From Lama glama (taxonomy: Eukaryota): DNA of 64,000 nucleotides. The translations under genes were made by a program, and so were the position numbers. The DNA is taken from NCBI GenBank assembly GCA_028534125.1, contig CM052817.1, forward strand, positions 84,260,001 to 84,324,000, in the 5' to 3' direction. The notes under the pieces were generated by a model. That model was not told the origin of the DNA. It saw only the letters and a list, made by a program, of their open reading frames with translations, and searched no databases. Each line of letters opens with the position of its first letter. Within the stretch, counting starts at the first letter, position 1. This document shows positions 35,614 to 49,491 of the stretch, piece by piece.

Positions 35614-38100
35614 CCAGTTCAACACCCAAAGGCACTGGGGCTGTTCAGGCTACGTCTAGAGCCAGGTTCTTGAGGACCTGGCATGCTGCGCTGAGGATGC
35701 TGAGGTTTGCTCTTTACCCAAAGAGGAGGCATTGAAAAGCTCTACGCAGGAGAGAATCTTGGTCAGAACTTCACAGAGGATTGCTTTGGTCACAATGTGT
35801 AAATTCGAGCAGGGAGGGCTAATGAGGAAAGAAAACCAGTTTTACCTTTGGATAGAACTGTGGAAGGTAATACGGTCTGGCGTCAGGATAGATGGTAGAG
35901 GATGAGGAGGAAGGGACAAGTGGGAGACTCACTGCAAATTCAGAGTTAACCGGACTCGGCAATTAATGTCTGATGGGTGGGAGGAAGTGAGTGAAGAAGG
36001 AGAATAGTCTTGGTGGACTGTACCATATAGGTATGTCCATGAACATCGCTGGGTAGTTGCCAAGTGGGAGATAGTATTACCCAGAGGGCTGGGATTAAAG
36101 AGAAGATTAAGGTTTGAGGATCCCACAGGGGTGGACCCCAAAGACATGAGTGAACAGTGAGTTGGACGTAAGCTCTTTCAGTTGGGATTCCTTCCATGAA
36201 AATGATTCCCTGTTTGTATAAGAGGATTCCATGGCATAGTCCTTACCTGTTTTTGCTTTTGTAGTTAAAAATACTCTTTACATACATCTGTGTCTTTGTC
36301 TGGGTAACATATTCTTAATTTTAATAGATATTGCCAAGGTTACTTTCCTTAAAGTCTATACCAGTCCACTTTTCTACTGGCATTGTATGAGAGTCCACTT
36401 TCTTCCCTATTCCCACGATTGGTAGGTATTTCCCTCCTTAATGTTTGCTATTTGAAAATATGACTTCTTTTAACGGCTGCAAAACATTCCACCATATCAA
36501 CATACCATAAATTACTTAAACATTTTCCTATTTTTGGACATTAGATTGTTGCCCATTTTTTGCTATAATAAAATTAATCACCCAGAAATGGGCATTTTTA
36601 TACATATATTTTTATTCATTCAATGATACTTACAGTGATTGTTATAATTTGAAAGAAGGTGACATAAGTAGTTTCCACAGGCTCTTTGTTTTGTTGTTTT
36701 TGTTCCTGTGTGCCTTTCTTTCATTTCAATAATAATATTTTAGTTGGACAGGAAGGGGGATAGAAAGGGAAGAGGTTAAAACAAATAGATTTTTCACTGT
36801 CCTTGAATTTCTATTTATATGTGCTATTCCTGTCCTTCATTACCAAAGTGATCTAGAATTGCTATTAAGCCATTATTAATTCTCTAATTTTACCTTATTC
36901 ATAAATGAAGTTTCTCATTTTATGGAGGGAAGAACAAATGTAAGAGTATCTTAGCGCTGTCTGTAACCTACAAAAGCAGCTTGACTCTTTATTTTCTTAG
37001 ATATAGAAAATTCTGAAAAGCATCAACCTTTTATTGCCAGATGGAAAAAAAATATGAGATTTAAATCTTGACACCATGAGTGGTATATATATTATAATAT
37101 ATGATTGGAAAAATAAACGTCCTTTTCTGTATTCTTCCCCCTTAAACTTTAGCCATTAGAGTCAGAATGCTTTGATTGCAGAATTCTCACTTGAGCAAGG
37201 TTTTTATATAACATTATTCATATTCTTGGCCTTGGATACCAATTAAGTCTCTCAAGTCTAAAATTGCTTTGTTTGCTTTTTAAGGAAATCTGCCCACCTT
37301 ACAGACCTACAAGTTAACTAACCAGCCTGTTCCTCCTGCCCCCTTCCCCCCAGGACTTTGCTCTGTTGGTTTCCTGCCAGCTCTTACTTTCAAATCGAAA
37401 TAGTTCAGTTTCTCTGTTTCTAGAACATAGAATTCATTACTCCTGGATTTTTGCCAAGAATGTCCCTCTCATGTTTTTAAAACTAAGATGAATGTTTCAG
37501 AATGACCTAGTGGGCTTGACCCATGATTAGAAGTCAGTCAGTGATATATTAGATGTCGGCGTGGATGCTCTGTTCTGTGTAGTGGGGCTGCTGGGGGAAT
37601 GGGACTCTGGGAGGGTGGGGAGGGCACTGGGGTGAAGCTTTGGGACTGGAGTGGAGAAATATGTGTGAGAGATTAGGTAAGATTTGGCTGACGTGAGGCA
37701 AGACTCAGATTCTTCCCCTGCCCTCAGGGCCCTGGTGAGTCTCTACCATGGAAAGGGCATAGTCATTAATTCCGTTTGGCCATTTGGATAGAAAACAGAA
37801 AGCCAGGTGACAGAGAATATTTATAAAGGGCTCTAGAAAGGACCACTCCATTTTTTTTTTTCTTCCTGATTTTCGAGGCTTCTTTTCTCTTCCTACCCTT
37901 GCTTAGCTGCTTGTTTCTACTAGTACTGAAAAGAGCAACAGAGCGGAAGGTATACATCTGCATAGCTTTAGGCCAGGTGAATTTTTCATTCCTGTTGCTC
38001 TGTTGAATGACATAGGGAAGTTTCTTTACCTTTTAGGTTACTTTCTAGGAATATGTTAGTGTTTACATTCTTTTCTCTTCCAATTGGCTATATATTTTTA

Positions 38101-39345
38101 AATTAAACTTTTCATTTTGAGATAATTGTTAATTAACAGACCGTTATAAGAAATACCACTGAAAGGTCCTATGTACCCTTAACCCAGTTTCCCCCAATAG
38201 TAACATTTTGGGAAATTCCAGCACAATATCATTGTAGGATACATTCATGTGCAATATCATTGACATTGATACACTCAAGATATATATCATTTCCATCCCC
38301 ACAAGAATCCCTCATGTTGCCTTCTGTAGTCACATACACTTCCCTCCTTCTCTGACTCCCGCATTATCCGTTATTAATTGCTTATGTATTCTCCATTTCT
38401 ATAATTTTGTCGTTTCAAGAATGTTATGTAAATTAAGTCATACAGTATGTAACCTTTTGATATCGGCTTTTAAAACTCAGTGTAAATTCTTAGAGATTTG
38501 TGGATGTATCAATAGTTCTTTCTTTTTTTTTTATAATTGCTGAGTAATATTTCATGGTATGGATATACTGCAGTTTGTTTACTACTCACTCATTGAAAGA
38601 CATCTGGGTTGTTTCCAGTTCTTGGCTACTATGAGTAAAGCTGCTATGAACATTTGTGTACAAGCTTTTATGTGAACATAAGTTTTCATTTCTCTAGGAT
38701 AAATGCCCAAGAGTGCAATTGCTGGGCCTTGTGGTAGTTGCATGTTTAGTTTTATAAGAAACTGCCAAACTGTTTTCAAGAATGGCTGGACCGTTTTACA
38801 TTCCCACCAGCAATGTATGAGCAATCCAGTTTCTCCACATCCTTGCCAGCATTTGGTGTTAACCACTATTTTTTTTTTAATTTTAGTCATTTTGATAATA
38901 GTGTAGTGATATATCATTGTGGTTTAAATCTGCATTATTTTCCTGATGGCTAATGATGTTGAACATCTTTTCAAATGCTTATTTGCCATCTGTATATCCT
39001 CTTTGGGAAATGTGTTCATGATTTTTGCCCATTTTCTAATTGAATTGTTTGAGTTTCTAAAATTGTTGAGTTATGAGTGTTCTCCATATACTGGTTTTTT
39101 GTTGAATATGTGGTTTGCAAATATTTTCTCCCAGTCTGTAGCTTGATATTTTGTCCTCTTAACAGGGTCTTTTGGAGAGAAAATTTTTAATTTTGAGAGA
39201 CCCAGTATACTTGGGTCTTTCCTTCTATGAATTCTGCTGTTGACGTCAAGTGTAAGAACTCTTTGCTTACCCCTAGATCCTAAAGACTGTCTTCTGTATT
39301 TTTTCCTCAAGGTTTTATAGCTTTACATTTTACATTTAAGTCCAT
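38101..39345 (-). mobile_element. L1MB/MC-like 5'-truncated LINE-1
   Basis: ORF 38582-38917(-) gives KCWQGCGETGLLIHCWWECKTVQPFLKTVW (ORF2 C-terminus). Possible TSD GC[T/C]A[T/C]ATATTTTTA at 38087-38100 and 39346-39359. Confidence 0.93.
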
Positions 39346-39539
39346 GCCACATATTTTTATGTAACTGTTTAGATCTCTGACGTCTGAAATAAGCCTTAGC
39401 ATGTGAAACCCTTTTGCCCTCATTTTCTTTCTCAGGCATCTACTGAGCACCAGCTGTGACTCAACTCACTGACACCAAGTCATGGATACGATTACTGATG
39501 GGTAAATGATTCTGACTTTGTAATGAGTCAGTCAGGTGA

Positions 39540-39800
39540 CGTGCTGAAAAGCATGAGGTCTGGAGGCAGACTGTTTGGGTTCAAATCCTGGTGCCACCTC
39601 TCAAGAGTTTCATGATCTTTAGCAAGTGACTTAATCCCCCTAAACATCAATTTTTCACATCATTCAGAGTTGGATGAAAATAACCATAATACCTACTTCT
39701 CAGGATTGTTGTGTGTGAGCAGAAAATGAAATATTATGTATCAGATGCTTAGTGCAGTACCTGGCATACGCACAGAGAACACTTAATTAGTGTGAGTTTC
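39540..39800 (+). mobile_element. MIR SINE
   Basis: TCTGGAGGCAGACTGTTTGGGTTCAAATCCTGG...ACCTACTTCTCAGGATTGTTGTG...TACCTGGCATA. Confidence 0.8.
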
Positions 39801-40809
39801 CCTGCTTCCTGCTCCCCGTGCAGTCTCCAGGCAACTTCCCCAACTCAAAGTCTTCCCCACAGTCTCCATTTCTTTCTTTCTACCTCTTCTGGTCTTAATT
39901 ATTCTACCTCTTTTATGAAACTTTCTTAACCTATTTCAGCATTTGATAGAATTTCCTATCTTCAAATTATTATGATATTTATATACGTGGTCAGGTTACC
40001 TTTACTGTTTCATATATCTATTATGTATCTCCCCAAATACATATCTGCTTGAGTGTATGCTTCCAGCCCTCCAGAGTCTAGTTCTATGCTGGGTAACTGC
40101 CAAGTACTCAGCAAGTCCCCAATATACTGATAGTGAGGAATCTAAATTACAGCATGTTTCATTGCAAGCAATTTGACAAAATGAACCCAAAGCCTTCGAC
40201 CTAGTAATTTACATTTTCAAAATCTATCCTAAGAGTGGTCAAATAGTTAAACAAAGATTTGTGCATAGGAATATTTCTTACAGCCATTTTTTTGTAAAAG
40301 TGTGGATTTAGAAAAACATAAATGTGTAAATAAAGAATCAGGAATCATGAGGATTCCATTATATGGTGGAATGTTACACTATAAATAAAAATTCCATTTA
40401 CCTAATCATGGATTATAGAGCTATAAGGATATTCACTAAAGCATTCTTTATATTAGTAAAAAAGATAGAAGTAATTAGCAAAAAGAAAAACATAGAAATA
40501 ACCTAAACCTCCAACTATATGGACAAATTAAATATTGTCACAAAACAGAATTATAGTGTGATCCCATTTGTCTAAAAAAAGTATGTATATATAGATACAC
40601 ACACACACAAATATACAAAAGATGGAAAAAAATACATTCCAAAATTTTAGTGGTAATTATCTTTGAGTAATAGCTTTTTGGTGATTTTAATTTTAATTTT
40701 GGCTTCTCTAAAACATAATATTTATTACTTTTAGCATAAGAAAATAAGGATGAAAGTTATAATCTGTTTTTTAAATGGTTCTTTGGAGACTATTTAATTA
40801 CATGAATAT

Positions 40810-42490
40810 ATTGATCATTCATCCATTGCATTCAGAACATTTATTAACTGTCTACCAACTGTTAGGTGCCAGTACTAGAAACACATGGAGAGAATAATTG
40901 ACAAAGTCCTTTGAACAACTGACAGATAGTCTTGTGAGGGGCACAAAAAATTACAAATCAGTGAGAGAAGTGATAATATAGTTATAATACTGAATGTTAT
41001 GGAAGCTTAGAAAAGGGCAGGGGTTAGGGAGGTAGGGTAAGGCTATTTGGTAGAACTTGAGTGAATTAGGGCCAAAAGAAGGGGCTGTGTAGATAGGGAA
41101 GAATGATCCAAGCTTAGGGTTAAGCATTTTCAAAGGTTCTGAATGGATACTGCTGAGGAGATGTGAAAAGCCATGAAGTAGGGGGAGGGTTTGGAAGGAG
41201 AGCTAGCAAAAGTAAGTAGCTATGTTGATGACACATTCTATCCTGAAGAGTAAACAAGGGGGAAAAGGGCAATTAATGGTTTTAAATGGGAATGCTGTTA
41301 TCATATTTTTGCTTTAAAAGAGCACATAGACTATTGAGTAGGGAATGAATTAGAAAGGGACAGGATTAGAGGGAGGGGGACAGGATTAGAGGCAGGGAGA
41401 GCAGTTAGGTGGTGATGTAAATCACTGAGATGATGATAGTGGCTGTTGGGATGGAGAGGTGAAAACTGATGTAGAAGTGATCTGGGAATAAACTGGATTG
41501 GTGGTGGTGGTGATGATGGAGGAGATGTCAAAGAAAAGCAAGAGTCAAGGACGATGTCTTGACTCCTGGGTTTGGCAATTGTGGATGGTGGTACACTAAT
41601 TGAGTCAGGTGAGGAGGCACAAAGTGGGAGGGAAAATGAATTCAGTTTGTGATACATTGAGTTTGAACTGCCTGTGGGAGGTCCATTGGGGGTGTTCAAG
41701 AAGTTACTGGAGACACAAGTATAGATGTGTGTTTTGAGGGGCAGTCATGAGAGTAGATGAGAACACCAAGAGATATAAGTAGAATGAAAAGAGAATACAG
41801 CTTAGGAGGGAACCCTAAGGAAAACCAACATTTAAGAGACTGAAAGTGAGAAAGCAAATTGACTCAAACCTGGTCTGGGACAGAAATTTTTTGTGTGATG
41901 TAATTTACAACTCCTTCTGGGAAGCAATTAGCATTCCTGATAAAGTGCGTGAACAGTTTTCTGACAGACTTTAATAAGACTGAGAACTCCTTCTGGGAAG
42001 CTAGGGTTACCCATCCAGCTGATTGACTAGCCTAATAATCTTTAACCAGATGTTCTTTTTTCTGTATCCATTCTAAACATGGTTGGTGAACCATTCCTTT
42101 TTTCTTATAAAATGTCTCAACCAAAATTACTCCTTCAGTTGAATTTTTAAAAAAGCTTCTCATGTACTCAAAAACAATTTGTCTGAGGCATGGCTTTAAC
42201 AAGAGAGAAAGAGGAGCCTGCAAGAGAATTAGAAGAGTCCAGAGGGGTAGGAGAGAAACCAGTAGAAGACTGCTGAGGTTATGGAAGCCAGGTGAAAGCA
42301 TTTTAAGAAACAGGGCATGAACGGACAACAGTGTCAAATGCAAGTAAAAGGTCAAGTAAAAACAAGGATGAGAAATTGCCACTGGATTGAGCAGTAAGAA
42401 TGTCAATGATGATCTCTGGCAAGGGCAGTTACACTGGGGTGACTGGGGGGCATAAGTCAGATTTCAGTGGGCTTGAGCGAGTGTACACCA
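40810..42490 (-). mobile_element. L2 LINE fragments (interrupted ~41860-42200)
   Basis: CATTCATCCATT..AACATTTATT start; GAGTCAAGGACGATG, AATGAATTCAGTTTGTGATACATTGAGTTTGA, GTGTCAAATGC motifs. Confidence 0.7.
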
Positions 42491-44771
42491 TTCTTTCAAA
42501 AAGTGTGACTGTTAAGGGAGGCAGAGGAAGGGAGCCTTGAGATTATTTCCCTTTAGTGGGGACACAAGTATATTTAAATATGTTTGGGAAGGAGTCGGTA
42601 GCCAGGGAAGCAGAAGACACCTGAAAGAGAAGGGTTAATCTTGAGCTAGAGACCAGAAAAGGTGAACCATTCTCAGGATTCTGAGCCCAGGTGGAGGAAA
42701 TGTCACATGCCGTGCCTCCTGTTGTGATAGAAAGGAAGGCGGAGGATGAGCCTGCAGGGAAGATCTGCAGGTTTGGAGGCAGAAGGTCAAAGGCACTCCT
42801 GCCCGGTGGCCTCTATTACATCTGTGGTGTAGGAGGTTTAGGAGTTCTGCTGAACATGTCCGGGTGAGTGGCAGGATGGCAGACTGGGACAGGAAGAAAG
42901 CTCTGAGCAAAATCCCAAAGAGAACGGGAGATTGAACTACCTGGGGAAATTAGTGAGTTCAGGACGTGGTGGAGGATAATGAACACCTCATGCAACCAAT
43001 CGGCACAGGTCTGTGATTTTCTCCTATGGTGCTTTGAAGTCCTCATTTAGGCAGGAAGACAACTAACCTGCACTGCCAAAGTTTCAATGAAACTTTGAAG
43101 CTTTGCAGCTTCCTCTGGCCATTGAAATATGACTTCTTAGTTTGGAGCTTAGGTCCTGTTTTCTTCTTACTTTATAGGCACTTCCAATTGATCTCATTCA
43201 CTCCCATGGCATCAACCTCTCTGTGCTGGTAACTCCTAAACCAGTACTTGCAACCCAGCCTCCCTCTAGAGCACCACACTCCCCATCCCATCTGCCCTGT
43301 GGGCATCTTCAATTGGGTGATTCCTCAAGCTGAACTCATCGTATTTCTGCTCTCGGAATTTCCTTCCTTTCCTTTGCTCCAGGATTCTCGTTTTCACCAT
43401 TGCACGCTGCTCAGTGCTCAGTGTCTGTTGGGTTTCAAATGAAGGAATCCACTCAGTTCTCTAAGCCAGAAGCCTGGGACGCATCTTTTTATTCCAGCTG
43501 CTGCTTTACCTCTGACATTCAAGCCATCGCAGACAAATCTTGTCCACAACTAAATGTGCCTCATGGCAAGAAAAAAAAAGTGAATTATCAAACAACTTCA
43601 ACACAGAAACTTAAGTGTTCACTTTACCCCCATTTCTTTGCTTCATTAACACTGGAGCTAAACCAGGGGGAAGGGATACCTCCCTCCCCGTTTTCTGCCC
43701 TCTCTGCATCCTGCCCTCTCAGCCTTAGAGAAAAGGAGAGCCAGTTTTTCATTTGCTAATGATTTGGGCTCAGGTTATAATGGGCCATTAAGGTGTTTTG
43801 TGGAAGAAAAGAGGAAAATGGAGCTTTCCGGAGGAGGGATAAAGAGACTGTGGGGTACCTGGGATCAGATCCAGGCCTCACTGAGAAGGGAGGGGCCAAG
43901 AAGGACCCTGCGAGGGGCCCGAGTCCTCCCTGACTGTGGCTGGTTCTTTTTTCTTCTCCCGGCCCCGTGGCTTGAGCCTCCGCTCTGCATGCAGAGACAG
44001 GGCTTGAACCCCTTGACCAGTTCACTGCCCAGCAGGACCTTCGTTTGGTTTCTCCAGATGTTGCTCCCTCCCCGGATGACTGCCTCTACCTAGTGGGTGC
44101 CCTCCCCAGATGCCACAGGGACCTGCTAAGCCCTAGAGACATCTCTCAGGCACCTCCTGGGTTGAGGGAAGGAGCTCTCATACCCCTGCCTGGAGCGGTG
44201 CTGAACTGGGCAAGCTGGAGACCTCTGGAGAGCTGGGCCAGTGTTAACCATGCCTCCATCACAAGCCGATTTGTCTACTTGTCTCCATTTTGTGATCAAT
44301 GGCTATCATCCTACGCCTCTATCTCTCACCTGGCAACTGCAGAAGCCTCCTCACTAGCTCCCTAATCTCGTGTCTCACCTCCACCCCATCCTTCGTCACA
44401 CAGAAGCCAGAGGTTTTGTTTAAAACAAAAAATGAAACAAACAAAAAAGCAACACTAGGTCCCCATCCCCTTCTCATCTGGCTAACATTTATAATCCTTC
44501 ACATTTCAGCTGGGATCACTTATCCTGAGGAGCCTTCTCTGACCACCCTCCTCTCACTACCCACACCCCCACACTGACACAAATAGACACACAAGGGATT
44601 AGGGGTCCATTATAGGCTTACCCCCACACCTTGTAGTAAACTGTCATCACCTGTTTGTATTTTTAACTGACCTATGGACAGAGAATAGACCTTCTTCCCT
44701 TGTTACTCGCAACCTTGTCTCTCGTGCCTCGCCCTGTGCCTCGAGTGTGGTGGATGAAAGTAAGATCTACT

Positions 44772-44950
44772 CAGGTGGTTCTCATACCTGAGCGTGGATC
44801 AGAATTACCTGGAGGGCTTGTTAAAACACCGATTGCTGGATGCCCCTTTCTGATTCAGTAGGTCTGGGTGGGGATGGAAACAATGGATCTCTGACAAGTT
44901 CAGGAGCAGTTGCTGTTGCTGGTTGGGGATCACATTTTGGATTACCACCG
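44772..44950. mobile_element. MER5A1-like hAT-Charlie MITE
   Basis: GTGGTTCTCA..CTGAGCGTGGATCAGAATTACCTGGAGGGCTTGTTAAAACAC...TTCTGATTCAGTAGGTCTGGG. Confidence 0.85.
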
Positions 44951-45231
44951 ACTGCTCTGCGTCTGGTAAGAGAAGACTATAGGGGTAGATTGGAGTGACT
45001 TTCCGGATAAGAAGAAAGAACTCATGAGAAATAAGCTTTGGAAGTCTTGGAGGTGGTAGCTAAAATAGAGAGATTTGAATTTGATATTAAAGATGGCAGA
45101 ACTCCCCAGTAGTTGACAAGGTCCAGGGAGTAACTATGAGAATACATAGTTGAAGAGACCTGTAGGTGGAGTTACGGCATGAAGGCAGGCAAAGACCTGC
45201 CAAAAAAATTACTTTAAAAAGTAGAATACTG

Positions 45232-45281
45232 GAATTTGACACAACATTGTAAAATAATTATAAATCAATAAAAAATGTTAA
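45232..45281 (+). mobile_element. 50-bp young L1 3' terminus
   Basis: Perfect 16-bp TSD AAAAAGTAGAATACTG (45216-45231, 45282-45297) at a TTT/AAAAA site. Insert is near-identical to the reverse complement of ~47190-47245. Confidence 0.9.
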
Positions 45282-47182
45282 AAAAAGTAGAATACTGAAA
45301 TGATATACATGAAAGAAGTGAAAAGGAAGATGGTAAAATGAAATATGTGACATCATTCCAATTTTATTAAAAATGCCTAGGAAAAAATCTGAAAATACAT
45401 GGCACGGTTTATAATAGTTGTCCCAATGGGTGAATTTTATCACCATTATTTGCTTTTCTAAATTTTGAAAATTCTATCATCATGTTTTCCTTTCATGATC
45501 AAGAAAAGCTTTTCCTATTTTTAACCTTGGTCATTTCCATCTGGTTGTGTTAAATTATTTTCTCTTCTGTCCCTCTGTCAGAATTGTTTCTCTTTGACAT
45601 CTTAACTTGTGCTGAAAGTATGAAAATCAACAAAATTAAAACAACCAAAATTAAAGACAAGCAAAGGAAACAAAAAGGAAAGGAAGAAAGAATCTAAAGG
45701 AAAAAATAATTTAGTCAGTCCTGATATCAGCAAGAAAGTATGTCAATTACTGGCCTTCCAATCATTCCATATATTGGAAGGTTGTAACCATCTACCTGGA
45801 GGGGTTTCCCAGCTGTTCAGGACTGGTGGACTCATCAATTGGTTAGGCAGGGAACCTTTCTCCTAATCTCTTACCCATCACCCCCTGTTTCTTCTCATGG
45901 TTCCCAATGTTACTCTTCCTGTTCAGAGATATATCTGCTTGTCCTTTTTTGAACTAAATCCTCTCCCACCTAAATAATAACATTCAAAAAAGTTAATAAA
46001 AAGTTATTCTTTTCTGTCATATAGTTATTAAGATTAATTAAAAAAAAACTTTGTGACAACTTAAGCCCTCTTTATAACAAGGTTTATTTGGGGCATAAAT
46101 TCAAAGCTCAAAACAGTTAAATACAAACATACTTTTAGAACACAACCCATTTTATCCACAAGAGCACTTGTGCAATAAAAATTGTGTATACATTATATGT
46201 CATATAATGGTATTTGCCATTTCTCTAAAGGAATGAGACATATAGGACTTTAGCATATGTACCTACTTCATTTCAAATATGAACAACTCTGAATTTTGTG
46301 TCAAGGCCTGACAATTACCTTCAGAGTAGACACAAATGAAAGTAACTAAACATTATAGGTTTAATCATGTATAACTTCAGAATCAGGAATATGAATATAT
46401 ATTCAAAATTTTACTCCATAGGAATCCATTATTATGGAAGAAAATAATAAAACTGTATGCCTGCAGCAAAATTTAAGGGATGTATAAAATTGTAATTATT
46501 ACCATGAATACTACTCAGATTAGGAAAGACTAGAATCTTGATATTTCAACTACACTGACTACTTTGTACGTATTTTCTTGAATGTCCTTTCATCTCTGAT
46601 AATAAAGTGTGAATTAACAGGACCATTCTAGAGACTAGGAAATGGTGATCATGAGTGATTTGGTAAGTTAAGACAATAAGTGACAGGGAGGAACCAGAAA
46701 CTCATTTCCCTAATTGCCAGCTTAGTACATTTTATTTTAGACTGTGCTGTCGCAAGTCAAACCACGTTCCTGTATGCTTGCGGATGGGTTGTGTAAAAGT
46801 CTCCTTTGTGGTTTGATGGCAAAAGACACCTATTATTTAAAAATATGTCAATGGCTGATTGTTAATGACGAAATGTTTTTACATGTTCCTTATTGATTCA
46901 GGTTGTCCTCCATTTCTTCAAATAATCATCACTTTCTAAGCTTGGTAAGAACAAGCAGAAATTACTGAATGTTAAAGAGAAAATGGGTGTGATATATCAT
47001 CTTGTCTATCATGTCAGTGGGAAAACTAAGACCTAAAGAGATTTGTTCAGAGTCGTGATGTGAGTTGATGGAGTCTCTGGACTCCTAGTCTAGGGCTATT
47101 TACAGCACATGGCACTGCCTCAGCGGATCAGTATTCCAAAGCAGTGACATAACTGAGGGATGTTCCTGGAAACATCAGTCTT

Positions 47183-47342
47183 TTTTTTTTTTTTAACTTT
47201 TTTTTATTGTGTTATAGTCATTTTACAATGTTGTGTCAAATTCCAGTGTAGAGCACAACTTTTCAGTTATACATGAACATACATATATTCATTGTCACAT
47301 TTTTTTTTCGCTGTGAGCTACCATAAGATCTTGTATATATTT
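47183..47342 (-). mobile_element. Young camelid-type L1 3' end (~160 bp)
   Basis: Poly(T) then TTTTATTGTGTTATAGTCATTTTACAATGTTGTGTCAAATTCCAGTGTA. 17-bp TSD CTGGAA[A/C]CATCAGTCTT at 47166-47182 and 47343-47359. Confidence 0.9.
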
Positions 47343-47639
47343 CTGGAACCATCAGTCTTGATCAGTGTATCAGTGTTGGGAGTTTGTGTGCCATTTTACC
47401 TCTTTATTTTTCTCATCTGTTTATTCAGTATACTTTGATTTTGTTGTCTTGACGTTTGGGGAGTGGGGATAGAAAACAAACAAACAACTAAAGCTAAGTG
47501 GCAAACACGATTTAATTTTTATTTTTTTTGCAGGGGAATGAGTGAAGTAAAGTTGGCAGGAATGTGAAAAAGTTGCAATTTTCCACGGAGAGAAGGCCAA
47601 GAAAGAGATATGGGAGGGATAGCCCTCCTACTGCCAGGG

Positions 47640-47830
47640 CCACTGCTGGGCACTTTTATGGAGTTATCTCATTCCTCTTAACTTTTTAGATAGGGGTTGT
47701 TAACCTCATTTCAGTACTCATGACAACACTGAGGCTCAGAGAAGTTTTGTAATTTATTCCACAGCCACACAGCTGATAACCTGTAGAACCAGATCCAATG
47801 CAAAGTCTGTCTGGCTAGGAAACCTGTGTC
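47640..47830 (-). mobile_element. MIR SINE
   Basis: ACTGAGGCTCAGAGAAGTT...CACACAGCT...AGTCTGTCTGG core. Confidence 0.65.
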
Positions 47831-49179
47831 CTCCTACTTCAACAATAGAGTATGTATAAGGTGAAATAGTGAAAATAATAACTGCAGTGTAATACTCATA
47901 ACAGTAATAATGATAGTTAGCATAGTGCCTTACATATGTGATCTCTTTGAACAGGATTAAGTGAGCACATGAACAGGACTGATAGAGTGTCTGTACTTTT
48001 CATTAGTGAAACAAGCAAGGAAGAAAGAGGACATATACTTATGATTTCCTTTGGTTTACTTTGTTTTCTGAAACATAATTGAAAGACTCAGTTAGTTTTG
48101 CAGCATTTATCAGATTATTTTGTTCTTGATGTGGATGGATAGGTTGGTGTGTGTGACTGTGTGAAACTGAACCTGATACAGTCAGAAGATCTCTTCCAGT
48201 GGATAAGTATGCCTTTTGGTTTGATACTCAATTTTGTAGTGATCACTGTTCCTGTTTACTGAATGGGAGTTTTAATCTGTACTCTGGTCTTTTCCCTGTT
48301 GAAGCTGAATGTCACATACTCATTTCTTTAGCGGGGGAAGCGGGGGGTGTCCATGAAAGAAGTTATGTTAACCCCCACAGTACAAGGTTGTATTCCTTGG
48401 AAAATCAGTAACCACTCATTTTTACACATAAAAAACCCCAAATTAATTTCTGATGACTAATTTTATATTAGTCTGCAACCCCAGTTTTAGTATTAGGCTC
48501 AATTCTCATATTTGGAAGGCAATACCTAATTCTGTAATACTGTGTAAAAAAAAGGTGGTGTCAATTTATAAATAATTACTGTCTCCTAATGAATTAATGT
48601 TCATTTGCCATGATCATTTCAATACAAACTTAGGTAAAGATATGTTTCGGCTCCAAAACTGGGTTCTCTGTATTTAAAAATGTCATTCTAATTCGCAACT
48701 CCCTATAGCTTACTACGAAAGAACTATTTATTTTGCCATTCAGCCTAAAAATAAAACCTCTCACCCAGACTACACTCCTTAAAAGCCACATTTTTTAATC
48801 TACATAATTTTAAATTAACTTGAAAGAATCCATTTCTAGGTGCAGTGAAGTCAAACAAGAGTTGGAACTGGGACAGTTTGAAAGGAATAATTTAAAAGCC
48901 CACCACTCTGCTCGGAGACACCTCAAGAATTTCTAGGCTCACAAGGGAAGAGAAGGAAGAGATCTAAAAAGCTGAACAGTGCCTCTCCTTTCGAACCCCC
49001 GCGGATGCAGGCCAGGCCGGCTGCGGCAAGGGCCGCGAAGAGTTAACGAGGGACGGAGCCCCCCGCGCCGCAGACTCCCCGCGCACACCCTCCTCCCTCC
49101 TGTCCCCACCCTCTCGTTTTGGCAAGGGATTAAAGTGCTCCCCCCTGTGGCAGCAGTGACCCAGAAATGAGTTTGATTC

Positions 49180-49389
49180 ACACAGTCCTTCCTCCATAAC
49201 AAGTCAAACGCCCGTCTGAGAGTGCCTCCCTGCGCGAGCGCCGGGTGTGTGTGCGCCGGCGAGAGCAGGGGCCCGCCCGGCTCTCCGCCCGCCAGCCCGT
49301 CCGTCCGCTCGCCCGCCGCGGCCCGAACTCATGCTGCGCGGAGCAAGCGGCGAGGAGCCCAGCGCCGCGGCCGAACCCCTCCGCAGCAG
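49180..49389 (+). other. JADE1: Non-coding first exon (1a) of JADE1/PHF17; start approximate
   Basis: GAGAGCAGGGGCCCGCCCGGCTC...GGCCCGAACTCATGC...GCCGAACCCCTCCGCAGCAG matches my recollection of the human JADE1 5' UTR and ends at a donor CAG|GTACGC (GT at 49390). The coding exon (MKRGRLPSSS...) is not in the window, consistent with a long intron 1. Confidence 0.7.
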
Positions 49390-49491
49390 GTACGCGCGCG
49401 GGCCGCGGGGGGCGCGCGGGGAGGGCGCGCCGCGCGAGAGTCCGCGCGTGTCCGCGTGTGGGTCCGTGTGCGCGTCGGATTCCGCGGCGGT

